Numbered from the whole stretch's first letter, positions 36,752 to 50,842 are shown. The stretch is 62,623 bases of DNA, filler included, from Sphacelaria rigidula (GCA_964200075.2; 10 parts of 10 records of this genome joined end to end with filler, not necessarily neighbours in it); one strand, 5' to 3'. A program made the numbers and translations. The notes: generated from the sequence alone by a model not told the origin.

Positions 36752-38850
36752 CTAATCCAACTATTGTCGTAGATAGCCAATAGATGCAATAGACAAAAAA
36801 ATGTACTGGGTAAAGTATGGATCCATTGCAACAATTGTTGGTCGAAACTATAGTTTTAATAGGCCCATACTTTACTCAGTAAATTTTTTGTATGTCGCAT
36901 CTATTGACCATGTATTGTGATTGTCCAGGGAGTGTAAATTATTCCGATATGTGTAGCTAACACTCCGGTATGGTTCGGAAGGATATCGAGCCCTGTTCCC
37001 AACAGTTCGACATGGTCTGGAAGGGGTACTGTACCCGTTTTTACCTATAAAAGACCTGTTTTGTGTTTTTTGCTGCTGTAAATACCCGGGTTTGAGCCGA
37101 TACACCCTACAGAACACAACCTTGAACTCTTGTTATGACCCAGGCTCGCCAACCACAGCATGGACTACTCCAGACATGATAAAAACAGCGTGGAATTTTC
37201 AGACGGGGATACCCAACTTTACGTTGGAATATGACATAGATTAAGACACACAAGGAGGGCGGCTTCTGCGATTTTATCTGGTTTCATGGAATATGATCAT
37301 CCGATTTTACCTCGTGCGAGTGGATGTTTCGTCATTTCCCCTATTTTCAGCTCCGGAATCCAGCGTTTGGAATAGGAATGGATTGATAAATATTATGTAC
37401 GAGCTGGGCCGGCAGTAAACCCAGCATTCTCTGTCATCACCACAACTCTTCAAGTTTCCCAAATCAGCACGACCTGAGCATATCGCTGTGAACTGCAGAC
37501 TAACCTGGTAACATAAGGCACCGCCGCTGCTCGATNNNNNNNNNNNNNNNNNNNNNNNNNNNNNNNNNNNNNNNNNNNNTTAATTAATTAANNNNNNNNN
37601 NNNNNNNNNNNNNNNNNNNNNNNNNNNNNNNNNNNCCCCCCTCTCCTCTCACTTTGTCAATGGTCTTTTGACTATGGCATGCATGATCATGAGTACACCC
37701 TGTCACTTCATCCATATAGTCCGCACCCTGGTACCTCTCTCCCTTGATGAGGGTTCACACGTTCAAATGAACCTGAAGTATACCGTGTTAATCAATCCAT
37801 GATGGAGTATACATAAAAGTGACCGAAAAGAGGCACAAAAGTAGTCAGAATCACCGAACAGTGGTCAGCTGAAGGTGGGACCTGTGGCAGATAGACATAA
37901 AACAAGCATTACTTACCATTTTTGGTCGCTTGAGGGTACAAGACAGATCTTTTGGATTGCACACAACGTTCGAGCTGCGCGACTGTAAGCTTGTTCCACT
38001 TGATTGTCAAGGTTAGAAAGGGTGTAGCTGCCGTCCTTTTCGCATCGACGAGGGGCATCGGGTCGAGGTCACGACTGTGTATGTTATGTCGGGAAAAACA
38101 CCTCGCGGTTACATCATCGTATACCCGAATGTGACCAAAGGCGACAAGATATATCTTTTCCTAGCCATCGCCCTTTTTTTTTTCGAAGTCTTGCACACAC
38201 CCCGGACAAGAGGTTACATACATCGTCAAAAAGTGTACTGCGCTCAGTAACGACTATTGCGTCTAGTGCAGTAGACTATAGATTCCATACTGTACGTAGT
38301 ATATTTTTTTACAATGTAATCTGTTGGTCATTATCCAGGGTGAGAAGTCTTGCGACTGTCACACGGGCACCACACGAGAAATTCGCGGTGTTGCTGTTGA
38401 AAACATTACCTCGTCCTCGCGATGATGAATTTGCGTCTGTGCAATTAATTGTCGGATCTGAGTATTTTCCAGCCTTCCCGCGGCGGCGTGGGTGACCTGA
38501 TCTGTATCGTTTTTTTTTTTTCATGAACCGACATCAAATTGTGTGTCATTTTGATTGGACAAGTGTGATGTGTGATAGGCCACGAGAGCGATTTTTATGT
38601 CGTCGCCGTAAACTAGTACCTAGAATACGGAGTAGTGTTGTTCGTGCTGCGGGCGCGTGAAAGAGTGGCTTCGATCGCGCTCTACGCTGGTCATCCTCCA
38701 CAAGTTCGCCGTTCCCTTCTTTTTAACTAGACTCCGTCTTCGTCACGACGACCTTAATCTTTTTAACGAATTTTCTGGTGAGTTTTACACACCCTGGAGA
38801 ATGGTAACAAGGGGCAGCAGTGACAAAAGTGTGCTGCGTGAAGTATCGAT

Positions 38851-38899
<49 letters not shown>
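38851..38899. repeat. (TTG)n microsatellite
   Basis: About 16 tandem ttg units. Confidence 0.95.
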
Positions 38900-40677
38900 C
38901 TATTTTACAATATTTCACGATGGACGACAATAAATTCGATCGTACTATGCGCAATACATTTTGTTTTGCCAGTGACATCCAATGTCATTTGTCATCATAA
39001 TATGTAATTTTATCGCGTAAGGATGACATTCCAAAACATCATCCGCACGTCTCGTTCTGTTGCGAATTTTGATGAGATGATACTCTACATCACGGCGGGA
39101 CTCCCAACTTGTGGGAACATTTCACACCCGTGGATTATAACAATATATCACAATGGCAGAAAGGGGGTATAATGAGTAAAGCATCACCATCTACAATCTG
39201 TTGCAATACCCAACATATTCTATACTATACGCGGTGCATTTTTTGTCTTGCTGATGCAATCCAATGTCCAAGGTTTGGAGCAAGTCGAAGTTTTAGCACG
39301 GTATCCCAAGCTTTCCAGGTTGGCATTCGTCCAGATATATATATTTTGCGCCGTACGCGGTACATTTTGCGCCGTACGCGGTACAAAATGGACATGGTTG
39401 GCATTTGGCACCATGTCCATTTTGCGCCGTACGCGGACGTCAATGCACAGCGCGGTTTTTTTATGTGCTGTGCGATGGTTTCACACGTCTGATACATTAT
39501 GATCTGGCTGAAAATTACTTCTTCTCAATATACTGATCTGGACCATGACCTAGTATATAGATCATTTGGCCCCCCTTTTTCCACGTTTCTTCCTCACGAG
39601 CTGGGCCAGCCCAGAAACGGGTTTGAGCTCTCAAAGCAATATCTCATCGACACAGACGAGTTGAGCGTTGATCCGGACGTCCTATTAATCGTCTAACCAA
39701 GGGGAAGGTGCCCATCTGCTCAAAAGTCTGGGCCAATATTTTCTCGTTGATTAAACCTCATCTGTCTAGTAATTCCTATACCTAACGGAGATAGTGTCCA
39801 TGCCAAACTCTGTGTGAAATCTCCGAACTATACATCCTGCGAGTGACAACGGTTTTTGGTGTGCACATTCCCTAGAGCACGGGGAGACGGTACTCGTACA
39901 GCGCCGGACGCCGAGCACGCCGAGCACCGCGAAGGTTGCGGTTTCGCTTCTTTGTCTCCGCGGTCACATGTTTTGTATTTTTGGACCAACATATTCGAGA
40001 GTCTTGTTTGATCGGTTGTTTCAAACAGATCATGATCTGTCCGACGTGTGGGGATGATTTGGCCGTACATGACGTGGGACTAACCGTGCTATTATCCCAA
40101 AACAAAAAATCCATCCGACAGGGAATTGTTGCTCCTCGTGAGCTAGCTTTGTGTCTGTCGTAGTTGTGGAAATGAGATGGTGATTTGCTCGGAGGTGCTG
40201 TTGCGGGGACATGATCTACCGCTGTGCTCATTTTTTCGTATTTTTTTCCCGTCAAGAAGAGCCAGAAATCTATTCTCGTCTCTTTCTGTTGTCGTCTTCC
40301 CCTGCCTTTAGTGAAGGCCACGTTCGTTTTTCCATGCTTAGGATGGATGACTGTACGCACTGACATACATGTCCACCTCGCTGACCCTTCCTTCATAATC
40401 GGTATGCGAGTCCATGTATGTACTCGTTCCTCGGAATCTCATACTTTTTCTTTTCTTTTCCCCTCTCACTTTCCTGAGCATAGTGTGTGTGTGTACCGAT
40501 CGGCGAACGGGTACATCTTGCTGTCGCGTCCTGTTGGAACTCCCGAAGTAGTGCTGGTACACCTTGAGAACATGTTGGAAATTGCGATGTTGCACGGAGA
40601 GATGGGTTTATCCCTTGAGAGACTACGGACTTGTCCCGAGGAAGGGGAGGGGTTCAAAGTGCGACAAATGAATAAAT

Positions 40678-40841
40678 GAATAATAATAATAGTAATAGTA
40701 ATAGTAATAGTAATAGTAATAATAATGATAATAAAAATAAAAATAATAATAATAATAATAATAATAGTAATAATAATAATAACAGTAATAACAGTAATAA
40801 TAATAGTAATAATGATAATGATGATAATAATAATACTGATA

Positions 40842-40904
<63 letters not shown>

Positions 40905-40907
40905 TAA
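40678..40907. repeat. Compound (AAT)n/(AGTAAT)n microsatellite
   Basis: Directly visible. It follows the retroposon terminal motif AAAGTGCGACAAATGAATAAATGAAT. Confidence 0.95.
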
Positions 40908-42340
40908 ACGTGCGTCACAATGTCCCGACTTTGCTGCGCTCTTTTTACTAGCCTCCAGTGCTGCCGTTGCTACTTCTACTGCTGCTGCTATCCCGTACAT
41001 ACCCTGCAAACGCTTTTCATCAGCGGCTAAATACAGCAGTACATGAAGGCAGTAACTATTTTTTAGTGTTCTGGGCAATCATGGTTACTGCGTCGGCACC
41101 TGTATATTCCACTTTACCACGTCTGACCGAAACGTACTTAATTCCCGCGATAATGGCGTCTTGTGGCCCTTAACTATGCCCAGGCGACGGTCGGCGGGGT
41201 TAGCACCAACCCCATCCCCCTCCCCCCCCCTCCCCCATTCCCCCGGATATGGTGAGACCCCCATGAGGCAGTGTGTAACCCATGGCTGTCTCTGGAAGTG
41301 GCGATACCAGAAAATGAAGCAGCTTATTCGAGATTGTCATCCAAATGCAAGATAATCGGTAGGCTTCGGACTGACCAATCTGAGCAGGATGCTGTCCACC
41401 CCTCATGCGACTCGCCGAGCACACCACGGCGCTCCGCGTTTGGCGATTGAGTGCGAGCCTGGTCCGGCGAAAACACGGCGTGCTCCGTCCGGCTTTGAAG
41501 AGATGCGAGGTCAATGGTCCTATGACTACGACATGCAAGATCATGAGTGCACCCCCCGGGGTACGTTCAAAGGTTGGAGATCTCTCCATTAGGAGTAGGA
41601 ACGGTGCTTCGTCTCGAAAGGGATACGTGGTCAATGGTCAAATTACGGCAAGCAAGATCATGAGTATCCTCCCCTCCACCCCCACCCCATCCATGAGGGA
41701 GTCCATAAGCTGTGGCTGTCTCTGGAAGTGGCGATACTAGACAATAAAGCAATTCATTGTAGGATGTCGTTCCACATGCAGCATGACTAGGGCGCTTCGG
41801 GCCGAACAATCTCAGCAGGATGCAGCTCACCCTTCATGCGACTCGCCGAACACATCATGGCGCTTCGCGCTTGGTGATTGATTGCGAGGCTGGTCCGGCG
41901 AAAATTCGGCGTACTCCGCCCCGGCTTTGTAGGAATGCGAGGTCAATGGTCCTATGACTATGGCATGCATGATCATAAGTACACCCCCCCTCACCCCCCA
42001 TCCCCCATTATAAGATGGTTCTTTATTTTCTGCACCCCTTCCTCCCCCCCTCCCCCTACTCTTGGCGTATTTTCCCGTAAAATCCGTCTTTTGCGGCAGT
42101 TCATCAAGCTTTCCATTTTATGTATATATTTCGCAGACTTCGAATAATTTGATTGCGTAGTTTCACGGGATCAGTTAATTCTATATCTCCCTCCCTCTCT
42201 TAAAAGGCTTGGATTGGATCAACCTCTCCGTGGCGTGTCGACTCTCATCATCAAAATTCCTGTTTTTCTATCGCTGAGTTATCCCACGATAGGGAAGGGG
42301 GGGAGGGGTATTTTATTGCACGAAAAAAGAGGCTCATAGA

Positions 42341-43230
42341 ACAGCCGATCACCGAAATTAAGGATGGAGCTTTTCATTGAGGATGAGAACCCGGAGACTT
42401 AAAAGCTTCGTATTCACACCAAATCTTCGGAATATCTTTCCATTCCTTCACCTGCTTATAGCTATATGAGAACTGCTACCCGCCCTACAAATTTGGATTT
42501 CGATAGCCGAAATGTTGGGATCGTAGATGAAGTTTTGTTTTGGTGAATTTAGGTGATCCGATCGTGTCGCCGAAATTCCCCTATGAACAATGTGGAATAG
42601 AAGTGTACGATGACCGATATCTCTAGGATGAGATTCTGAAAATTATGAATCGCCATATCTCCCGCAAAACAAACTGACGTCCACCATTATTTCTTCGGTA
42701 TGTTTGTGGTACCAACTACGAGCACGCCACGAAAAAACTGAGGAGATATGCTTAATTCTCAGGGTCCCAGAGCCAAAACCGTTTTTTCGATATTTTCGTG
42801 CAAACGCGTGTGGATGGAAATGTCCAGAAACTGTTTTTTTGCTCTAGGGCCCTCAATATTCCGTGCAAATACTCAACGTTTTGTGACGATGCGCTCGTAG
42901 TTGGTATCACAACCGTACCGAAGAAATATTGGTGGACGTTGTGCTGTCTTGCAGACGATATGGTGGTTCTTAATTTTCAGCATCTCATCCTACAGATATC
43001 GCTCATCTTACACTTCTATTTCACGCTGTTTATTCGTTTTTTCATCTAGGACCCCAACATTTCGGTTATCGTAATCACCATTTGTATGGCGTGTAGATGT
43101 TGTCAGTAGCTACCAGTTGGTGAAGGAATGGAACCATATTTCGAAGATTTGGTGTGGATACAAAGATTTTTTTCCTCCGGGTTCTCATCCTAAATGAAAA
43201 GCTCCATCCTCATTTTCGATTATCGGCTGT
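42341..43230. mobile_element. ~890-bp foldback element with ~360-400-bp inverted arms. Same family as 25441-25880 and the fragment at 12547-12610.
   Basis: Inverted pairs include ggatggagcttttcatt.aggatgagaacccggag / ctccgggttctcatcct.aatgaaaagctccatcc and gtccaccattatttcttcggta / taccgaagaaatattggtggac. Confidence 0.85.
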
Positions 43231-43424
43231 TGAAGGTGTGTCAGACGACCGACCACACTCGCGGCGCGCTTGTATTTGGGTATAAACGGGGCCAAGCAGT
43301 ATGATTGAGCATTATACTGTAAATCTATGACAAGCCCGTTCGAACAACCGTTGCTGCTTTCAACCACGATTTGACTCGAAATTTCGTGCACGAAGTGGCT
43401 CAAAATATTCCCCCGCCAGAATGT

Positions 43425-43560
43425 TGGAGGTGTCTCTATTAGGAGTAGGAACGGTGCTCCGTCTCGAAAGGGATGCGTGGTCAATGGTNNNNNNNNNNTC
43501 CGCCTCGAGAGGGATGCCGGGTCAATGGTCAAACGACTAAGGCAAGCAAAAAATGAGTAC
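43425..43560 (+). repeat. Highly abundant dispersed repeat, module B. Copies at 12335-12402, 41570-41670, 46940-47040, 50545-50615 (-) and 1190-1240 (-).
   Basis: Shared gagtaggaacggtgctccgtctcgaaagggatgcgtggtcaatggtcaaacgactaaggcaagcaa.aaatgagtac. Confidence 0.9.
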
Positions 43561-43909
43561 GCCCCCCCCCCCCCCGTCTATCGTGGGCCTGGTCCGGGGA
43601 GAACCCGGCGTGCTCCGTCCCGGCTTTGTAGGGGCTGACCCTCGATGGAGTTGGCGTCAGTCGGCGATGACGCTATAAAACACACCACTCACTACGGAAG
43701 CTATGCAACCAGGTTACTGCTTTTATTTGCGCGCTTGGGTTATTTCTTGCGATAACCATGATGTTAGTCGAGCTAGATCATGTTGTGCGGCGTGGGAGAA
43801 CCTCAACNNNNNNNNNNNNNNNNNNNNNNNNNNNNNNNNNNNNNNNNNNNNTTAATTAATTAANNNNNNNNNNNNNNNNNNNNNNNNNNNNNNNNNNNNN
43901 NNNNNNNTT

Positions 43910-44068
43910 TCAATTCTAGATACAAATTGTGATCCAAGTTTAGCAACAATCCCAATACCTGGAAATGATGATTCAGTTAGCTCTATTAAATATATTATTA
44001 AGGATTTAGTTGATAGTATTTGTTTAGAACAACAAAATTCTCTAAAAAAAAATATATCTATTAAGTAA
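43910..44068 (+). CDS. rps2: Plastid 30S ribosomal protein S2, C-terminal fragment cut by the scaffold edge
   Basis: [27 protein letters not shown]...SIK* contains the S2 motif DTNCDP...IPxNDD and lies directly upstream of tsf. Confidence 0.92.
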   Translation, partial: SILDTNCDPSLATIPIPGNDDSVSSIKYIIKDLVDSICLEQQNSLKKNISIK

Positions 44069-44084
44069 AAAGGAAATTAGAAAC

Positions 44085-44687
44085 ATGACTTTAAATATTA
44101 ATTCAGAACTAGTTAAAAAATTAAGAGAAAAAACTGGTGCAGGAATGATGAATTGTAAAAAAGCTTTACTTGAGACAAATGGTAATTTTGAAGAAGCTAT
44201 TAAAGCATTACGGAAAAAAGGTTTAGCATCAGCAGAGAAAAAAGCTAGTAGACAAGCTATTGAAGGAATTATTCATAGTTATATTCATACTGGTTCAAAA
44301 ATTGGAGTTTTAATTGAAGTTAATTGCGAAACAGATTTTGTTGCAAGACGCGAAGAATTCAAAGACTTTGTTAACAATGTTGCTATGCAAATTGCATCTT
44401 CTGCTGACGTGATTTATGTTAGTTTTGAAGATATCCCGAAACATTATTTTGAATCAGAAAAAGAAATCGAGTTGAAAAAAGAAGACTTAGTTAATAAACC
44501 TGATGTAGTTAAAGATAAAATTGTGTTAGGTAGAGTTGAAAAAACTTTAAAAACTTTAAGTTTGCTTAATCAGCAATATATTAGAGACCCAAATATCACT
44601 ATTGAAGAACTAATCAAAGAAAAGATTTCTTTGTTTGGCGAAAATATTAAAATAAACAAGTTTATTCGCTATACTCTTGGTACTTAA
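44085..44687 (+). CDS. tsf: Plastid elongation factor Ts (short, cyanobacterial/red-plastid type)
   Basis: [19 protein letters not shown] and [11 protein letters not shown] motifs. Intact 200-aa AT-rich ORF with a GGA Shine-Dalgarno-like site upstream. Confidence 0.97.
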   Translation: MTLNINSELVKKLREKTGAGMMNCKKALLETNGNFEEAIKALRKKGLASAEKKASRQAIEGIIHSYIHTGSKIGVLIEVNCETDFVARREEFKDFVNNVAMQIASSADVIYVSFEDIPKHYFESEKEIELKKEDLVNKPDVVKDKIVLGRVEKTLKTLSLLNQQYIRDPNITIEELIKEKISLFGENIKINKFIRYTLGT

Positions 44688-44853
44688 AAATTACATGATT
44701 TAAAAGTTTTGAGCAGAAATTTTTTTATTTCCTTAAATTTTGAACTAAAATAGGAATTATATTTTTATTTAAATAGATTTAACCGTTTTTTTCATTTACA
44801 TGCTAATTTTTGCGTGAAATATTATTTCTATATATTTTTTAAGCATATTAAAT

Positions 44854-45600
44854 ATGGATATCATTAAAAATGAAATTTTTGATAATTTAAATTCTTTAGT
44901 TTTTTTATCCGATATTGAAGTTGGAAAGCATTTGTATTTAGAAGTTAATGATATTACTTTCCATGGTCAAGTATTAATTGTAAGTTCTCTAGTGATTCTA
45001 CTAATCCTTTTATTCTCTGTTTTAGGAACAGCTTCAAAAAAGTCAGTCCCAGAAGGTTGGCAAAATTTTATGGAAACTGTAGTTGAGTTTGTTAAAGAGA
45101 TTGCTCAAAATCAACTTGGAGGAACCTTCTATAGACCTTGGTTGCCATTTATTGGTACCCTATTTCTATTTATTTTTGGTTGCAACTGGGCCGGTGCCTT
45201 AATTCCATGGAAATTAATAAAACTTTCAGAAGGTGAATTTGGTGCTCCTACAAATGATATAAATACAACTGTAGCTTTAGCATTATTAACATCATTTATG
45301 TATTTTTATGCTGGATTAAGTACGAAAGGATTCGGCTATTTTAAACGATATATAGAACCAACCCCTCTTTTACTACCAATTAATATTTTAGAAGATTTTA
45401 CGAAACCTCTTTCATTAAGCTTTCGATTATTTGGAAACGTTTTAGCTGATGAATTAACTGTTTCAGTTCTAACTTTATTAGTTCCTTTAATTGTGCCTTT
45501 ACCAGTTATGGTTTTAGGTGTATTTGCCAGTTCTGTTCAAGCATTAATTTTTTCAACTTTAGCAGGCGCATATATTGCTGAAGCAGTTGAGGGACATTAA
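44854..45600 (+). CDS. atpI: Plastid ATP synthase CF0 subunit a (IV)
   Basis: [14 protein letters not shown] and [27 protein letters not shown] motifs. Intact 248-aa ORF. Confidence 0.97.
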   Translation: MDIIKNEIFDNLNSLVFLSDIEVGKHLYLEVNDITFHGQVLIVSSLVILLILLFSVLGTASKKSVPEGWQNFMETVVEFVKEIAQNQLGGTFYRPWLPFIGTLFLFIFGCNWAGALIPWKLIKLSEGEFGAPTNDINTTVALALLTSFMYFYAGLSTKGFGYFKRYIEPTPLLLPINILEDFTKPLSLSFRLFGNVLADELTVSVLTLLVPLIVPLPVMVLGVFASSVQALIFSTLAGAYIAEAVEGH

Positions 45601-45629
45601 GAAAATAAGAGATTTTCGAAATCTGTTAA

Positions 45630-45908
<279 letters not shown>

Positions 45909-45917
45909 AACTTTGTC

Positions 45918-45966
45918 AAGACGCCATCATTTTTAACTATAAAGCAGATAAAGATAATGGCGTCTT
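45918..45966 (+). terminator. Stem-loop downstream of atpH (RNA-stabilising or processing hairpin)
   Basis: AAGACGCCAT ... ATGGCGTCTT, a 10-bp inverted repeat 10 nt after the stop codon. Confidence 0.55.
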
Positions 45967-46004
45967 AGTGTTTAATTTATATTAATTATATATTCTAAAT
46001 AAAA

Positions 46005-46016
46005 ATGTATATTTCC
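46005..46016 (+). pseudogene. Probable first codons of plastid atpG, broken at the plastid/nuclear junction
   Basis: ATG TAT ATT TCC sits where atpG is expected in the red-lineage atpI-H-G-F-D-A operon. Composition switches from very AT-rich to GC-balanced immediately afterwards. Confidence 0.45.
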
Positions 46017-47534
46017 ATGGTTTACCCGACTTCCAACCGTTTCTACTTTACCCACTTCTGCTCTGGTGAGATATTCGGATGGACGTATTTTCCCTCTTCC
46101 GTGTCTCTCTCCGTCACCGGCATCTCACTGACGCGTGCATGGTAGCATCACGAAACAAACACCCATACGCTGAGCATCCTCGCACATAACGAGGACAACG
46201 AGGGTGCTTGGCGTGTGCGTACGCTTCACACACGATCATATGCAGCGTCGTGCTAATTTTCTACACATTGGCAGCAAGTGCTAGCGTGTAGTTCGGACGT
46301 GATGATCCCAACAGGTTCCAAAAGCATCGTACCACCCGAAATATCACAACGTCTATCCATTATACGTGGCGGTGCAGCAGTGCCGCGCTTCTCATCTACT
46401 TGAGGCAACCAAGGTTTGGCTTTTACCTGTCTCCTGGCAGCTTCCGAGTTTCTCAGACCAAATTACTTGTCCGAAAAAGAAATCAAGATTCAGCTTCATA
46501 CCTGTCCTGTTCGTAACAGTCGATCGCTTCAGAAATCAAGATGTCCAATACTGGTTCTTCAAAGTTGAGCATCTTTTTACCCACCCTTGCCATCTTCACC
46601 TCTCCTCGCCCCTCCGATGATTGCCAGGGGTTCGTTGTTGCTTCAAGTTGAAAATTTGTGCAAGCGTACGCTTTTAAGAGTACATGTTTTGTAGCCTTGT
46701 CCTACATGCAGCGAAGTAAGGCATGATGTTTTGATACGAGAGAACACATTGAACAACTGAACCACGCAGAGTTTCCCGTGAATGTAGCCACCATCGCAGA
46801 GCGAAAACTAGCAACGGTAACAAAAATTAAAACTCGCGACTTCCTGAAACACACATCCGCGATAGGTACGCGTCTCTGCGCCGTTCGCTTTTACACATGT
46901 TCCACTTCCGTCCGCCGTAGATCTAGCGTAGCAGCGCTTCAATGTTGGAGGTGTCTCTAATTTGAGTAGGAACGGTGCTCCGTCTCGAAAGGGATGCGTG
47001 GTCAATGGTCAAACGACTAAGGCAAGCAAAAAATGAGTACCCCCGTCCCCCGCCCCCCTCTTCTTATCACGTATCCACCTCCCTCTCCCGCGGCAGTCGT
47101 CCCGCAAGTGCCCGATACCTGGACGGCGACCTATGGGCAGTACAAGCGAATGACCGACGGTTGCCATCAGCAACAAGGACAGGCCGTAACGCCTCCGGGA
47201 CATATAAAGGAAGTGACGCTAATATATGGGGTGGTGTGGCTGGAAAACAACATCAGGACTCTACAAAAGAAAATGACAAATTGTCCAAGAGTGACAATGA
47301 TACGCACCGCGAAATATTAGAGTGGTCCAGGAATATTCGTCAGGTGCAACAGCGCGGTATTTTTCGTGGGGAAACGCCGAAGAAAGCTCTTCCCGGTGGA
47401 ACAGAAACTTATCCATCGGCTCGACTTTCTCGGTCTAACCCCGGCCGCTTGTGGAGTAGGTGAGTCCTTCAAGAAATGGTTGAGGGCACAAATTATAGCT
47501 GATAAGTTAAGTTGAGTAAGTTGGTGATGCCGCG

Positions 47535-47620
47535 ACACCCCGATGGTCTATACTAAAATGATATAGCTGATACCATGAAGGCGGGGAAAACGCGGGTTCG
47601 ATTCCCGCCAGATGTGTCGA
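47535..47620 (+). other. Degenerate tRNA-like sequence (SINE head or tRNA pseudogene)
   Basis: T-arm GCGGG-TTCGATT-CCCGC with a B box at ~47593-47609. The D and anticodon arms are not recoverable. Confidence 0.4.
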
Positions 47621-50600
47621 TTTTTGTTTTTGCTTTTTCCTCACTAGTATCTGCTTTCCGTCGTTGAAAGCCTGAGGATGTACGTGAGTGTCAATAAGGG
47701 TAGGTCTGTTCGGCTGAGTTTGTCAGACGACAGTCGAGAGGGCGCGGGAGTGCTGATGGTCATGATCCAATCCGCGATACCAAAATGTAAGGGGTGAACA
47801 GTACCGGGGCGAGATAAGTTGATCCCCTGAGACCACGCACTCTTCTAGAGGAAGAGCAAAGGTTAAAATAGCGACAAAAAGGAAAACAAATGTCAGAAGT
47901 ACATGGACATCTTAGTCTTCCGCCCTTACAGGATAAAGGGTGAGTACAGTACGAGAGTAGTGAAATGAAGCAGGGTTATTATCCAAATCATAGTCTCGCG
48001 GGGGACGGGATGGTCGTGGAGTATGACTCGAATGAGAAGATGATATTCCTGTGCGTAGAAATGCCAGATGGCCACCCCGCCCCCCCCCGCCAGCAGTTCA
48101 ACGGATCTAAACGTCTGAGACCCTCCTGCCACTGAATATCTCAGGCCTGGATCACCGCGCAGGAGGTTGCGGCAAGGTGCTTCCAAGGGGGAAGGAGCCA
48201 CCGTGACGGCTACAGCAGCCATGCCTGCGCCGATGGGAATTGTTGGCAACTTGCGCGATCGCTTATCCAGAAGCAGGCAAGAGGGCAGGACAGGAAATAT
48301 ATGTGGGATATACGAACAAAAATTGATCACACGGTACAGCAGGAGCTGTTTCTTCCCGGTGGTCTGATTTGTTTATCTCCCGAGTAGAGTCAAAGCGGAA
48401 GATCACGCGTTCGACTCGCGGCAGATGCCGGTTCAGTTCGTTTTTGTGATAATTATTTGCTTTCGTCGTTGAACACATGAGGTGTTGAGTAGCACAACAA
48501 GTATATTTGACGAGAGCCGACGCGGTGCGAAGTGCCGATCCAATCCGCCATACCAAAAGGTAGGACATGCACGTGGGGGGAGATGCATTGATTGATCCCT
48601 TTCGACTACGGCCTCATCCCGAGGGAAGAGAGGAGTTCAGTGTATGGCGAAGCAAAAACTACATACTTCGCTTCCAGGTGCCCAGCGAGCGTTTTTATAT
48701 TGTTATGGTTGCGCTGAGGATACTCCAGAATATCGTGGGATTCGACAGTCCCTAATAAATCGATCTTCCGGATCTCATGTGACATGGCCCGCATGGAGAA
48801 GAGCATGATCTGTGATCTGTGTAATGCCGGTTATTATGCAAGCGATACGTTGTGAAAAGTTATAGTACGAAAACTGACGTAGTGCTCACAACGGGTTGAT
48901 GTTTTTTTTGTATGTTGCAACAAAAGTAGCACACACTAACCCTCACCCTGAGCCTGGGCTGATCGACCCTCATACGGGCGCGTGTGCGTGGAGCGGTGCT
49001 TCGATGGTACAAAGGGCTATCATGGGCGATTACTCTCCACCCCAACACCCTCACGTTGGACAAATACACTCCGTGCTGCAATATCCCACCCCTGCAGACC
49101 CGGTGCAACCCCGCACACAAGCGCAGCGCCTCAAACGCGCAACCTGAACCCAACGTCTCCCGAGATGATATATGTGATACTGACATGCGGATGCACTGGC
49201 GTGAGATACGGATGCGCGATAATGGCGTCTGCACTTGTCACCCATTCCACAGCGGCGATGATTGACCTGCAATACCAGAACGATCTGGACAAAACCTCAA
49301 GCGAATGAATCCGCATTGGAAAATCCCTTATCGGAGCCGTTAAGCAAAGTATGGCTAATCTTGGATATTTGGTGATGCCCGGAGTTGGATCTACCCAAAA
49401 TTGATACTCCCGCAAAGGTATTTTCAACTTGGCACAAACACCCTCTTCGGGAATTAGGCCATCTTGAATCTGGACATGTGGATAATTACGCTGTGCGGTC
49501 GCACTGGCGTAAGGATCAATGGGGGGTCAGGGGTGAATTACTGCATGGTTCAATCGCCTCGAAACTCGGGTCTCACGCGGTAGCTTCTCTGTAGTCAGCG
49601 TCCGCAAACCTAATTCGTGGTAAGAGCTGTTGGAGCGGGGTACCTAATTTCGTCATGTTTCATTGTTTGACCTCAACTCGTGAAACAGGTCGGTCCCGGC
49701 GAGTCGGGCTTCAAGATTTCTAGTGGACGACAAGAGTGAAGACTCTGAATCTCGCGATGAGGGTGCCGGGAAACCAGGTGATGAGGGTGGAATCAGCATT
49801 GTATCAGTGCTTGTCACGGAGAAAATCGCACGGGGAATCGCACGGGAAGGGACACGCGTTTTCATGCCGTGCCTTCGGCTTTATTTCTTGGCGACAGGAA
49901 AATGTCCCGTCCCGTCCCGCCATTTTCTTGGCGACGGAAACTCGTTCCCCTCCTGTTCCATTGCGCGTTCCCGTCTCGTGTTGTTATCGCGGAAAAAGTC
50001 AAAATTCCAACATTGTGTGTGTGTGTGTGTTGTCGTCCCATCTATTCTGGACGCCAGTCTACTCCTTTCGGGATACGTGNNNNNNNNNNNNNNNNNNNNN
50101 NNNNNNNNNNNNNNNNNNNNNNNTTAATTAATTAANNNNNNNNNNNNNNNNNNNNNNNNNNNNNNNNNNNNNNNNNNNNCTATTGTCTATTGCAATAGAT
50201 GATAGATCTCATACTGTACGCAGTACATTTTTTGACCGTGTATTCTATTGTCCAGGGTATGCTGTGCTGCTACCACACAGCGTAGGTTCACTTGTATCGC
50301 GGTACTGAACTGAGGAGTAGTACAGGTGGGAGAATGTACGGATATGTGGATGCATGCTGTGTTTGTTTGGTCTTGCGAGGTGTTGTCGTACTCCTCTTGC
50401 TGCTGCTTTTGGTAGTGAATACGAGAAGGGATTCATTCGTGTTTGAGGCCCACGTAGCAAAAAATCGCTCTGCCAAAGAGTACGTTTTGTCGAACTCGAG
50501 CTCAGTAACACCAAGCGTCAGTTACTGGGGGAGGGGGGTGGGGGCGTACTTATTCGTTGCTCACCTCAGTCGTTTGACCATCTACCACGCATCCCGTTCG

Positions 50601-50842
50601 AGGCGGAGCACCGTTGGGGCCGGTGTGCCGGGGGGGGGCTGGCGGGGAAGGGGGGGGGGGAGGGAGAAGAGTTCACGAAAACGGCCAGTCTCTTTGGTGC
50701 TTCCTTTGTATGATTTATGGTTGGTCATCGCTGTCTATACGCAAAAATGTACAAACGGAGACGTCTTCCTTTGTTCGTTGTTCCCGCCCTTGTTCCGTGT
50801 CTCTGTGTGTATGCGTGTTTGTTTATGCTTTGAACCAACCAG

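Noticed and set aside
40466..41078. Poly-Tyr/Ile/Asn/Leu ORFs
   Set aside because: These are translations of the AAT microsatellite.
46005..46145. Chimeric 46-aa ORF from the presumed atpG start into nuclear DNA as a new gene
   Set aside because: Its length is within chance expectation, it has no recognisable motif and there is no evidence of a nuclear promoter.
49230..49430. hAT transposase C-terminal dimerisation domain relic (FWVDPTPGITKYPRLA, minus strand)
   Set aside because: There is only a short motif resemblance and no other transposase motifs in the correct order, which is too weak to call.
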